Source: a virus (Duplodnaviria; Caudoviricetes). Taken from it: a stretch of 64,000 nucleotides of DNA. The stretch lies in IMG/VR virus record IMGVR_UViG_3300037067_015211, positions 96,001 through 160,000 of that record. The stretch is one strand, 5' to 3'. Each line of letters starts with the position of its first letter. The stretch's first letter is position 1. This document shows positions 9,583 through 18,728 of this stretch, in pieces. Below the pieces are notes generated by a model. That model ran no database searches. It was not told the origin of the DNA and saw only the letters and a list, made by a program, of their open reading frames with translations. A program made the position numbers and the translations under genes.

Positions 9583-10296
9583 ATGAATGAACTAGATGAA
9601 ATTGCACCAAACTACAACACCGTCCTCAACAACAAGATTAACAGGAAAATTAATGAATGTACATATAGAACTCTGAAAAGATACTTGGATGAATTCGATT
9701 CTGGAAATGTTTTGGAAATTGGTTGCGCCGATGGTAGAGTAACCCAACATTTAATCACACACAATATCAATCTAACATGTGTGGATGGGAGCGAAAAACT
9801 CCTACAGCTAACAAAAGAAAAGTTTCCATCAATCACTGCGGTTAATTCCATGCTTGAAGATTGGGAAACAGAGCAAAAATTTGATTTTATCATATGCTCA
9901 TTTGTATTAGAACATGTGGATAATGTTGGAAAGTTTCTCGGAAAAATAAAATCGCTTTGCCATGAAAAAACGCAAATATTTGTTGCCGTGCCCAATGCAT
10001 GGTCATTTCACAGAAAGGCCGCACTTGCCGCTGGCATGATAACAAAAATAGATGAATTCAGTGAACTAGATAAAAAAATGGGACATAAAAGATATTACAA
10101 TCCCATGACATTTAGGACTGACATGCTTCTAGCAGGATTTTATTTACTCGCTGGAGGTGGAATACTTTTTAAGCCACTCCCAGAATCCGATATGGCTAAT
10201 TTACGAGATGAAACCCTAGAAGCTTTTTATCTGCTAGGAAAAGACTATCCAGAACATTGCAATATTACATATGTCGTGGCAAAAGCAGGAGACTAA
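9583..10296 (+). CDS. class I SAM-dependent methyltransferase
   Basis: VLEIGCADG, VDGS, FDFIICSFVLEHV, VAVPNA; start at ATG 9583 after GGAG. Confidence 0.9.
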   Translation: MNELDEIAPNYNTVLNNKINRKINECTYRTLKRYLDEFDSGNVLEIGCADGRVTQHLITHNINLTCVDGSEKLLQLTKEKFPSITAVNSMLEDWETEQKFDFIICSFVLEHVDNVGKFLGKIKSLCHEKTQIFVAVPNAWSFHRKAALAAGMITKIDEFSELDKKMGHKRYYNPMTFRTDMLLAGFYLLAGGGILFKPLPESDMANLRDETLEAFYLLGKDYPEHCNITYVVAKAGD

Positions 10297-10298
10297 CC

Positions 10299-11426
10299 AT
10301 GTATCAAGTATTCAGACCATACATGACAGAAGCGGAAGAAAAAGCCGTAATCGAAGTGCTTCGTTCTCGATGGATCGGGCTGGGGCCAAAGACAAAAGAA
10401 TTAGAAGATAAATTTGCCGAATATACGGAATCAAAATACTGCGTTACTCTAAACTCGTGTACAGCCGCGCTAGACATGGCACTACGACTATGTAATGTTA
10501 GACAACATGATAAAGTGCTGGTGCCGACAATGACATTCGTATCCACAGCACATGCAGTTTGTTACAATGATGCAATGCCAATATTTGTAGACTGTGACGA
10601 AACCCTTCAGATGGATATTATAGACCTTGAAAGAAAAATAGATAAATTTGTAAAGGCAATCATTGTCGTTCACTATGGAGGAAGAATTAATTCTCATATC
10701 AAACAAATTGCAGAAATTTGCAAAGAAAAAGGAATTTACTTAATCGAAGATTGCGCTCATGCGGCTGGCTCTTGGCTAAACGATAAGCATGCTGGTACAT
10801 TCGGGGATATTGGGTGTTTTTCCTTCCATGCGGTAAAAAATCTTGCTATGGGCGACGGCGGGGCAATTATTACGGCCAATGAAGAGATGGCGACTAGGGC
10901 AAAGAAGGTGCGCTGGCTTGGAATCGATAGGGGCACTTGGGATAGAACGGCCAACAACAAGGAATATTGGTGGGAATACATTGTCGATGAAATCGGATAT
11001 AAGAATCATCCATGCGATATTCTATCCGCCATTGGCGTAGAACAGCTAAAAAAACTGGAAGCAATGAACAACATGAGATATTTTATCTACAACACATATA
11101 GAGAAAACCTTAAGACACTGATAGAACAAGGTCTAATAGAAATTATGCCAGACGATACCACATCAAGCCTTTCCTCATGGCATTTGATGGTAATAAAGGT
11201 AAGCGAATTGGACAGAAATGATTTGTCTTTATGCCTAAAAGAAAAGGGAGTAAATACTGGCGTACACTACAGGCCAATTCATATGTATCCGTGCTATGGC
11301 AATACCCCGCATCTTCCAATAGCAGAGGAAATATTTAAAAAGATTCTTTCACTCCCAATGTATTACGATTTAACGGCGGAAGATGTCAAAATAATTTGCA
11401 ATCATATTAAAGAATTTTATGAATGA
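10299..11426 (+). CDS. DegT/DnrJ/EryC1/StrS NDP-sugar aminotransferase
   Basis: NSCTAAL, PTMTFVST, VHYGG, EDCAHAAG, GCFSFHAVKNLAMGDGG (PLP Lys), GVHY, ILSLPMY; start ATG 10299. Confidence 0.95.
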   Translation: MYQVFRPYMTEAEEKAVIEVLRSRWIGLGPKTKELEDKFAEYTESKYCVTLNSCTAALDMALRLCNVRQHDKVLVPTMTFVSTAHAVCYNDAMPIFVDCDETLQMDIIDLERKIDKFVKAIIVVHYGGRINSHIKQIAEICKEKGIYLIEDCAHAAGSWLNDKHAGTFGDIGCFSFHAVKNLAMGDGGAIITANEEMATRAKKVRWLGIDRGTWDRTANNKEYWWEYIVDEIGYKNHPCDILSAIGVEQLKKLEAMNNMRYFIYNTYRENLKTLIEQGLIEIMPDDTTSSLSSWHLMVIKVSELDRNDLSLCLKEKGVNTGVHYRPIHMYPCYGNTPHLPIAEEIFKKILSLPMYYDLTAEDVKIICNHIKEFYE

Positions 11427-12820
11427 CAACAAAGTTTTTTATGCGAGAACAATTATGCTTCGCCGAACTATCGGGCGACCATAATCCGATTCATACAGAC
11501 CCAATAGCCGCTAGACGCTTAATTTTTGGCAATCCCATAGTACACGGCGTCCATCTATTATTGTGGGCAATGGCACAGTGGGGTGGCGATAAAAAAAATA
11601 TATGGATCAATTCCCTAACAGTTACATTTAATACTCCATGTTATCTTGAAAAAGAAGTAACATATTTACTAAAAAAGGATGATGGCCAACACGTTATAAT
11701 AGAATTGTTTTCAGAAAACAAACCTATTGTCTCAATAGAATTTTTTTGGTCTATTCGTGTACAAGAAGAAACCACGCTGGCCGAAAAACCATTAACTAGC
11801 CAAAAATGCAATGATTTGTCAATCGATGACATAGACAATGCAAAGGGTAAAATACCGCTCTACCTCGATATGCAAAGATTTGAAGCATTCTTTCCAAATC
11901 TATTTGCATTTTCCAAACTACAAATTGCACAAATCATTGCCACAACAAGGCTCGTTGGCATGGAATGTCCCGGCCTAAACTCAATTTTTTCGTCATTAAA
12001 CATCAAGTTTTCACAGCACATAAACAATGACGACATTGCATATGAAACAACAAAAATAGACAAACGATTTGGGCTGGCAACAATTAAAATATCTTCCGAT
12101 GGGATGAGCGGAATTATACACTCTATCATTAGGCAGAAACCACAAAAGCAAATTTCATTTTGTCAAGCAAAAGAAATGGTTGGAGCAAATGAATTTGCAT
12201 CTCAAAGAGCACTCATTATAGGCGGTTCTCGTGGCCTCGGAGAAATAACCACAAAGCTTTTAGCCGCCGGTGAGGCCAGTGTAAGGTTTACATACAACCA
12301 AGGCAAGGACGATGCCAATTTAATACTAGATGAAATACAACTCGATACCATTAATGCACTTCAATACAATATTTTTGACGATAACCTTCCCCTTCCGCTA
12401 GAAATATATGGCTGGAGGCCGACTCACTTATATTATTTTCCAACACCATTTATCTTGACGGGAGAAAACGGAAGATTTTCAAATGAATTGTTCAAAAAAT
12501 TCTATGACTATTATGTGCTTGGAATCAACAAAATATTTTATACCCTTGTAGATAGCGGGTTAAAGTCAGTCTTTTATCCATCATCTATTTTTGTGCAAGA
12601 GATACCGTGCAATATGTCTGAATATGCCATAGCCAAATCTGCTGGGGAACAACTATGTAATTTTTGGCAACAAACATGGCCCAACATCACAATATATACT
12701 CCCAGACTTCCAAGAATAAATACTGACCAAACGGCAAATATTTTTGCGCCCGACAAACAAAGTGGAGAACACGTTCTCTTAAAACACATTAGAATATTAA
12801 ATAGTTTAGTGTTGCATTAA
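11423..12820 (+). CDS. MaoC-like hot-dog dehydratase fused to SDR/ketoreductase
   Basis: FAELSGDHNPIH..IVHG and LVGMECPGLNSIF (double hot-dog); ALIIGGSRGLG and YAIAK (SDR). Confidence 0.85.
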   Translation: MTTKFFMREQLCFAELSGDHNPIHTDPIAARRLIFGNPIVHGVHLLLWAMAQWGGDKKNIWINSLTVTFNTPCYLEKEVTYLLKKDDGQHVIIELFSENKPIVSIEFFWSIRVQEETTLAEKPLTSQKCNDLSIDDIDNAKGKIPLYLDMQRFEAFFPNLFAFSKLQIAQIIATTRLVGMECPGLNSIFSSLNIKFSQHINNDDIAYETTKIDKRFGLATIKISSDGMSGIIHSIIRQKPQKQISFCQAKEMVGANEFASQRALIIGGSRGLGEITTKLLAAGEASVRFTYNQGKDDANLILDEIQLDTINALQYNIFDDNLPLPLEIYGWRPTHLYYFPTPFILTGENGRFSNELFKKFYDYYVLGINKIFYTLVDSGLKSVFYPSSIFVQEIPCNMSEYAIAKSAGEQLCNFWQQTWPNITIYTPRLPRINTDQTANIFAPDKQSGEHVLLKHIRILNSLVLH

Positions 12821-12839
12821 CAAACAATTTTGCTATACT
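12812..12839 (+). promoter_or_regulatory. sigma70-like promoter
   Basis: TTGCAT-16 nt-TATACT with TGn extension; AAGGAG RBS before 12860. Confidence 0.55.
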
Positions 12840-12859
12840 AGAAGAAAAGGAGAAAAGAA

Positions 12860-13315
12860 ATGAAAAAGCTACTCGCATCAATCTTGTTGGTCTTCGCCTC
12901 GTGTCAGTACATTCAACCCCAGCCTACAACACAGGAACAAACACAACAAGCCAAAACGCCCCCATTCGACGAAGCAGAAGGATATCAAACAAACTTTGTT
13001 ACTGACACTATGGCCAGCACGATCCAACAATGGATTGACTGGACAAAGCAAGAGCTAGAAAAAGTCGGACAACTAGACAATGACGCCAGAGAAAAGATTC
13101 TCAACAATCTCAAGGAACGTCTCGTAGCACACGGCAATATATCCGATACGGAAGCAAATGAATTTGTAGAAAAAATCAGCCCACGAGTAGAGAGACTTAT
13201 CAGGGCATTTGTTTCTGGCAATAAGATTGAAATCGGTCTGGCCACTATTAGTGTTCTGACAGTGCTCATTCCGTTCATCATTGTGATTATCCGTCGTCGT
13301 AGGAACAAAAAATGA
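12860..13315 (+). CDS. lipoprotein with C-terminal transmembrane helix (u-spanin-like architecture)
   Basis: MKKLLASILLVFASC lipobox; C-term IGLATISVLTVLIPFIIVII followed by RRRRNKK. Confidence 0.6.
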   Translation: MKKLLASILLVFASCQYIQPQPTTQEQTQQAKTPPFDEAEGYQTNFVTDTMASTIQQWIDWTKQELEKVGQLDNDAREKILNNLKERLVAHGNISDTEANEFVEKISPRVERLIRAFVSGNKIEIGLATISVLTVLIPFIIVIIRRRRNKK

Positions 13316-13959
13316 CAAAGTTTGACAAACAGTATTATGAAGAACAGGCCAAACAAATACCCAAAGAGGTTACACTTTACAAGCTAGGTATATCTCGATA
13401 TCGATGGCTTATTGAACACCTATTACGCATATACAAGAACCCTACTGCCGTTAATATCTTAGATATAGGCATACAGGATGGACAGTTTGCAACCGGCACA
13501 GCGGCATTTGACTTCAACGTAATAGGAGTCGATATAGCCGATGAATATGTAAGAATAGCAAAATTGCTAAGAAAAAACGTTCTCCCAGAGGACAAAAACA
13601 TAAGCTTTCAACAAGCAGATATTTGTGACTGCGAAGAGTTTGTGGCTGGCAAAAAAGACTTCTTCGACTGCGCATATTCATTTGAAGTCTTGGAACATGT
13701 ACCCGACTTGCCAAAAGCGTTGCAAAATATCCATACAATGCTAAAAGAAAATGGATTGCTGTTTATCTGTGTACCCAACGAAAATAGCTGGGCACATGAT
13801 GAATCTCATATTAGAAAGTTTTCGGCGTACAATAAAGAGGGGCATATTCATCTGTATCGTGGACTTGAGATTGAACGGTTTGAAGTCTGTAAAATTGAGG
13901 TTGCACAGTACGATGAAGCAAATAGCTGGTTATACGCGAGCCTACAAAAGTTAAAATAA
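13312..13959 (+). CDS. class I SAM-dependent methyltransferase
   Basis: ILDIGIQDG, GVDIA, FDCAYSFEVLEHV, LFICVPN. Confidence 0.9.
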   Translation: MTKFDKQYYEEQAKQIPKEVTLYKLGISRYRWLIEHLLRIYKNPTAVNILDIGIQDGQFATGTAAFDFNVIGVDIADEYVRIAKLLRKNVLPEDKNISFQQADICDCEEFVAGKKDFFDCAYSFEVLEHVPDLPKALQNIHTMLKENGLLFICVPNENSWAHDESHIRKFSAYNKEGHIHLYRGLEIERFEVCKIEVAQYDEANSWLYASLQKLK

Positions 13960-14671
13960 AAAATAAGACAATAATTTTAGCCCAATTGATAAATGGAGCA
14001 AGCCATTCCGTTTCTCCATGAGTAGCCATTGAGGGTATTGGTGAAACCAATGTCTTGCCCTTTCTACCAACTACAGTAAAATAAGCCTTGCTATTTGTGT
14101 GCGTATCATTATTGTTTCGTATAATAGCGTCAAACATATCTGCATCGTCTATTAGCGTTTTTACCTTGGCGGCAAATGTCATTGGCGTACTGGGCACGAA
14201 CACCCAGTGGCTATTGTCTGTCGTATAGCACTTGGTGGGCCAAGAGTCTCTATTTTCTTTCATGTATTTATCTGGATGATCGTATAGCGTAACATAATCT
14301 GCTATTGCAATGCCTTCCATTAGTATCTGGGCAGAACCAGCGCAATGTATGTAATCGTTTTCAACAAAATAAATGACATCTTCTGGATTGTTGTTTTTAA
14401 CCGCGTGATCGTAGGCAAATATAAAACTTTTTCTATTGGCCACTGAAGTTCTGAATATTTCCGTTATTTTATCGCCATGCCTATCTTTTAGTATGTTGTA
14501 GGTTTCGTCAGTTACGTTGTCTGCCACAACATATAGTTTGTCATATTTGAAATTTTTTAAAAAATTGTTGAAACAATTTTTATTACATATGTATTCTGGC
14601 TTTACTTTGCAAAACCCTTTATCACTTAGGCGATAATAAACAATTATTTGTCCAGACAAACTTTTGCCCAA
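13811..14671 (-). CDS. GT-A fold glycosyltransferase-like protein (paralog of 14644..15339)
   Basis: VADN, IYFVENDYIH, YVTLYDHPDKY, STPMTFAAKV, ATHGE; 3' end overlaps the convergent methyltransferase. Confidence 0.75.
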   Translation of the reverse strand: MGKSLSGQIIVYYRLSDKGFCKVKPEYICNKNCFNNFLKNFKYDKLYVVADNVTDETYNILKDRHGDKITEIFRTSVANRKSFIFAYDHAVKNNNPEDVIYFVENDYIHCAGSAQILMEGIAIADYVTLYDHPDKYMKENRDSWPTKCYTTDNSHWVFVPSTPMTFAAKVKTLIDDADMFDAIIRNNNDTHTNSKAYFTVVGRKGKTLVSPIPSMATHGETEWLAPFINWAKIIVLFFILTFVGSRITSYLLHRTVQPQFYRLQTVQSQVHDTDEYAPLYCTPKTF

Positions 14672-15339
14672 TCAATACGAGTGGCTAACCAATCGACCTC
14701 TCCATGTGTTGAATAAGAATGAATCGGAGTAATCAGCCTTCTATTGTTACATCGTGAGCCAGTCAACACACTAAATATTCCGGCATCGTTAGGGTGATTA
14801 TATGGTGATTCGTCAATAATGGCATCAAATACCCATTTGTCCTGCTTCAGCGTCGATACCTTAGCCGCAAATGTCATTGTAGTTGAACCCACTTTTGCCC
14901 AATGCGTAGACTTTGTGTGATAAAGATATGTGGGAACTTTATCTTTATGCTCGGGCAAATATTTGTCAGGATGGTCATACAGGCTTACATAATCTGCTAT
15001 TTCTATCCCCTCTTCCAATATCTCTCTTGAATGGGGAAGGTGGATGTAATCGTTTTCCACAAAATAAGCAATCGTATCGTCTGGCAATACAACTGACAAA
15101 TTCAGTGCATGCTTAAAGCTAGTCTTGTTCCCAAGCTTTGTTCTTCGTAATGTTTTGTATGGAAAATACGCCAACCACTCATACGTCGAATCACACACAT
15201 TGTCCGCCATGATATGAAGTTCATCATATCTGAAATTTTTAACAAAATTGTGCAAACAATTTTGTGGTGTTACAAAATATGGTTTTCTCTTGTCAGCACT
15301 TACATCGCTAGTACGGTAAAATACAACTACATTGGCCAT
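14644..15339 (-). CDS. GT-A fold glycosyltransferase-like protein
   Basis: MADN, AYFVENDYIH, YVSLYDHPDKY, STTMTFAAKV, STHGE. Confidence 0.75.
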   Translation of the reverse strand: MANVVVFYRTSDVSADKRKPYFVTPQNCLHNFVKNFRYDELHIMADNVCDSTYEWLAYFPYKTLRRTKLGNKTSFKHALNLSVVLPDDTIAYFVENDYIHLPHSREILEEGIEIADYVSLYDHPDKYLPEHKDKVPTYLYHTKSTHWAKVGSTTMTFAAKVSTLKQDKWVFDAIIDESPYNHPNDAGIFSVLTGSRCNNRRLITPIHSYSTHGEVDWLATRIDWAKVCLDK

Positions 15340-15376
15340 ATAATTCCTTATCTAAATTGTAAAAATAAGTATACCG

Positions 15377-15760
15377 TTAAAATTCAAAGAATGCAAGTGG
15401 TTTCCGATATAATTCTTTAGGCTTATTGTCCGGTGCTTTAGGCTTATTCTTTACCTTCTGCAAATACCAATTAGAGTCTTCTACCACATTCTCATTCCAA
15501 CTATGATAATCGGTTAAATGGCCGAAAACAAGATGGTGGGTTTTGCAAAGAGACACTAAATTTGTGGGTTCTAGTTCTAGCTCTGGATGAATCTGATATG
15601 GCTTGACATGGTGCACTTCGATATTTCTTGTCGTCCCACAGGCTATGCAAAATGGATGTTTTTTGACATGCTCTTTTCTGATCGTAGGCCAATCTGAAGA
15701 ACGAAGCTTATAGCCAAATATGGAGTTTATGCCGACTGATTTTAAAAAGTTAAACACCAT
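15377..15760 (-). CDS. HNH endonuclease
   Basis: CIACG..EVHHVKP..NLVSLCKTHH. Confidence 0.85.
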   Translation of the reverse strand: MVFNFLKSVGINSIFGYKLRSSDWPTIRKEHVKKHPFCIACGTTRNIEVHHVKPYQIHPELELEPTNLVSLCKTHHLVFGHLTDYHSWNENVVEDSNWYLQKVKNKPKAPDNKPKELYRKPLAFFEF

Positions 15761-16811
15761 ATGTCTTTTCCAAATAGCCTAAAGAATCTTCTGCCTGTTT
15801 GCCGTATTCTCGTAATTTTTTTATAATATATCGCAATGAAGATTTAGACAAATAATTTATCATATTGTATAGCCCTTTACCAAACTGCAAAAAATCAACA
15901 ATTTGTTTACCACTTTTGTCTTCTAGCAAAAGATCAATGATTTGTTTTTGTTGGGCAGTCGATGCAAAAAAATAAACCGCCGCTAACCAATCAATTTTTT
16001 TTGAGTTAATCACAAATTCATAAAATTTAGCAAAAATTGGTTGTGGCAAACGTCTAATATAATCGAAATATTCATTTTCAAGATCATTTTCAAGATCATT
16101 GTCAACAATATTAGAAATAATTGATAATGGAGTATTTGCAATTTTGTCCAGTACATCACTCCACTTTTTTGTATCTTCAATGTATCCATGCTCTTTCGTG
16201 GTCAACCCACGATACTTGGACATGATTCTTTTTACTTCAGGGCTTAGCATGTTGTAATATGTGTATGGGGAGCGAGCCGCGTACTTCAAATCAAGAACTT
16301 GTTCAATCCATTTGTATTCCTGATGCTTTTTGAATTTAGTAAATATTGAACCAGTATTGTGCTCTATGTCATTAATTCTATCTACAATAACCATAAAATT
16401 CTTGTAATCCTCTACCGGCGTATTGGCAAGATCAATCAATAATTTGGTAATCTCTGCCCATTTAGGACCACCATATTCATCTTCCCAGTCCAGTTCATTA
16501 AATGCTCTATACATAGTCTCCAAGTCAAGCGGTTGGCCCAAACTTATTTGCTTTGCTATATTATCCGAAACATTCAAAGTTTTTTGTATGTATCTCCACT
16601 CACCCTCTACATAATCTTTCGCATGTCTAAATTCATCGTTTACGGCCTTTGTCAAGGATTCTATATAATCTTTTTTCACTTCCTGTAACACTTGAAATGC
16701 AATTGTCTTGTCCTGTTCATCTAACAAATCAAGCACAGTAGAAAGTGCATAGAAGTCATATATTTGGCTTTGTGTAAGAGCCAATCTTTTACGCCATGTA
16801 TTGTATATCAT
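15750..16811 (-). CDS. leader + YGGPxW/DxxHNTG domain protein (paralog of 3799..5808)
   Basis: MIYNTWRKRLAL..YDFYALSTV..YGGPKW..DRINDIEHNTGSIFTKF shared with the paralog. Confidence 0.85.
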   Translation of the reverse strand: MIYNTWRKRLALTQSQIYDFYALSTVLDLLDEQDKTIAFQVLQEVKKDYIESLTKAVNDEFRHAKDYVEGEWRYIQKTLNVSDNIAKQISLGQPLDLETMYRAFNELDWEDEYGGPKWAEITKLLIDLANTPVEDYKNFMVIVDRINDIEHNTGSIFTKFKKHQEYKWIEQVLDLKYAARSPYTYYNMLSPEVKRIMSKYRGLTTKEHGYIEDTKKWSDVLDKIANTPLSIISNIVDNDLENDLENEYFDYIRRLPQPIFAKFYEFVINSKKIDWLAAVYFFASTAQQKQIIDLLLEDKSGKQIVDFLQFGKGLYNMINYLSKSSLRYIIKKLREYGKQAEDSLGYLEKTYGV

Positions 16812-17056
16812 TTTATTATCTCCAGCATCTTCTCATGTAAACACCATATCCCTAACTGCCCAAAATCCACATAAACCTCTTTCCCATAAATAGCTTTTAT
16901 GATTCCAGCCTTCCCGATTATCTTTAATGACATCCAAACATCTTGCACATCCACCCTCTTCATGTCACAATCACACCATAACTGCTTCACAACAGCCATA
17001 GGGTTGTTTTTCTGATGCAACAAAACAGTTTGCCCAACTTGCATCAACACCCTCAC
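16808..17056 (-). CDS. hypothetical small beta-barrel-like protein
   Basis: 82-aa ORF with 4-nt overlaps at both ends. Confidence 0.6.
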   Translation of the reverse strand: MRVLMQVGQTVLLHQKNNPMAVVKQLWCDCDMKRVDVQDVWMSLKIIGKAGIIKAIYGKEVYVDFGQLGIWCLHEKMLEIIK

Positions 17057-17478
17057 TTAGTCAAAAGCCCTGTCGTGGCGTATATCCAGCCACCCAATAT
17101 CGCCAGCCATGCCCGTCCATAACGATCTACAAGGATTTCATCGCCATGATAACACACAGCGTCCTCACAGCCTCCATTATAACAGGGCAGGGCAATTGAC
17201 GTATCAAAAATTTGGAAGCCGCCTTGGGCATCCCTGACGTATCTACGCAAAATTACGGTGGACTTCGCGTCATCCTTTAGTCCACCAGCGATAGAAATCA
17301 TCTGCGCTACGGTCGTCCCCTCGTCCACGGTATATCTGCCGGGTTTATCAACCTCTCCATGCAGCCAAATCACCGTCTTTCCCGGCACTTCTCGCTCTGT
17401 AACGGGCGGTATGGCGGCAAATGGTTTGTTACTTAATACACAAGAAGTTAAGATGAGTATAAACAAAAGCTTTTTCAT
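17053..17478 (-). CDS. SLBB-domain lipoprotein (Wza-like fragment)
   Basis: MKKLLFILILTSC lipobox; LHGEVDKPGRY..GTTVAQMISIAGGL..VILRR..GDEILV. Confidence 0.75.
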   Translation of the reverse strand: MKKLLFILILTSCVLSNKPFAAIPPVTEREVPGKTVIWLHGEVDKPGRYTVDEGTTVAQMISIAGGLKDDAKSTVILRRYVRDAQGGFQIFDTSIALPCYNGGCEDAVCYHGDEILVDRYGRAWLAILGGWIYATTGLLTK

Positions 17479-17521
17479 GCCATTTTCCTACACTATTAAA
17501 TCATAGGAAAATAGATGGATA

Positions 17522-17818
17522 TTAAATAATTTCAATTTTCCAATCGTTTCTGGGCTGATAATCAACATCAGAAACTTCAGTGTACAATATTCCGTCCATC
17601 GTATTCTCGGGAGACAAATAAAAGCACTTAATCTTCCCCGTATTAACATCAAATGCATACAAGGCTTTCCCACCCTTCGTTTCCTTCAAGGAATATGGCT
17701 CTACGGTATATTGCTTTACCTGCCCGTTTCTCTTGCGATAAGAAAAATTTAGAAGCTTTTTCTTACGCGCAGATGCAACAATGTCAACAAATGTTTTGTC
17801 GGCAACATTTTCACTCAT
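17522..17818 (-). CDS. stand-alone WYL domain protein
   Basis: LNFSYRKRNG..YTVEPYSL..LYAFDVNTGKIKCF. Confidence 0.75.
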   Translation of the reverse strand: MSENVADKTFVDIVASARKKKLLNFSYRKRNGQVKQYTVEPYSLKETKGGKALYAFDVNTGKIKCFYLSPENTMDGILYTEVSDVDYQPRNDWKIEII

Positions 17819-18302
17819 AAATTTTAACCTTTCCTGAACTAGATATTTTAATGTCCTTTACGGAACTGTCTGACAAAATATTCATTATCTTCGTGTTGTC
17901 CTTCGCCCAATCCAAAAAATTAACCGTCAAACTCATGATCTGAGAAAATTCCTCGATATCATGATCCGCTATCGACAAATAATTTGCACTCTTGGGGTCA
18001 GTCCCACCCTTTGGGATGTGCATCAACTCATGCAGAAGGAGTACAAATATTTGATCCCTGTTGAACTTCTTGGAATTTGGCAAACATATTTCCAAGATAT
18101 AATCAATGTCTTCTTTCATAAAGACCTTGACCGCTGGATGAAAGTATCTCACAATTGCATAAAATTCATATTGTTTGGAGTAAACGGCGGTAACGATTCG
18201 TATTTTACTCAAATCAATATGGCCAATGTATTTCCTGTATTTCTTTTTTAAACCTAACATTACTGGAAACAACTCTTGCGTAACATCAGTGTATTTTACC
18301 AT
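17811..18302 (-). CDS. putative phage metallopeptidase (HEXXH)
   Basis: LLLHELMHI..DHDIEEF. Confidence 0.8.
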   Translation of the reverse strand: MVKYTDVTQELFPVMLGLKKKYRKYIGHIDLSKIRIVTAVYSKQYEFYAIVRYFHPAVKVFMKEDIDYILEICLPNSKKFNRDQIFVLLLHELMHIPKGGTDPKSANYLSIADHDIEEFSQIMSLTVNFLDWAKDNTKIMNILSDSSVKDIKISSSGKVKIYE

Positions 18303-18305
18303 TTT

Positions 18306-18728
18306 TTACTCTTCTAGGATTTTTCCAGCCATATTCCAGTCCAGCCCGTATTTTCTTAATATGAAAATAAAGTCTTCTCTATCGTGTTTACGCATCTTCA
18401 TAAACGCCTTATCGTCTGGGTCCGTCCCGCCCTCGGCTATGTGCATTAACTCATGAAACGTAATAATCTCCATCTGTTTTGGAGTCATCTCTTCGCAATT
18501 AGGCCATATATATTCTAACACATAATAACAATTGGTAAAATAACAAAGTGGAACGCCAACCATATGACATCGAGCATCGTATTTTCTTCTATAGTCGGCA
18601 ATCGTATTTACAAACCTAACCCTCTCCAAATCAATGTGCCCCAAATACAAATCAAATTGTTGCACTAATTTTCGTGCAATTGGTTTGTATTGTTCAGTAA
18701 CTTCAATAATTTCTGGCAATAACGGCAT
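18306..18728 (-). CDS. putative phage metallopeptidase (HEXXH), tandem paralog
   Basis: TFHELMHIAEGGTDP..HDREDF; shares GHIDL and HELMHI.xGGTDP with its neighbour. Confidence 0.8.
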   Translation of the reverse strand: MPLLPEIIEVTEQYKPIARKLVQQFDLYLGHIDLERVRFVNTIADYRRKYDARCHMVGVPLCYFTNCYYVLEYIWPNCEEMTPKQMEIITFHELMHIAEGGTDPDDKAFMKMRKHDREDFIFILRKYGLDWNMAGKILEE

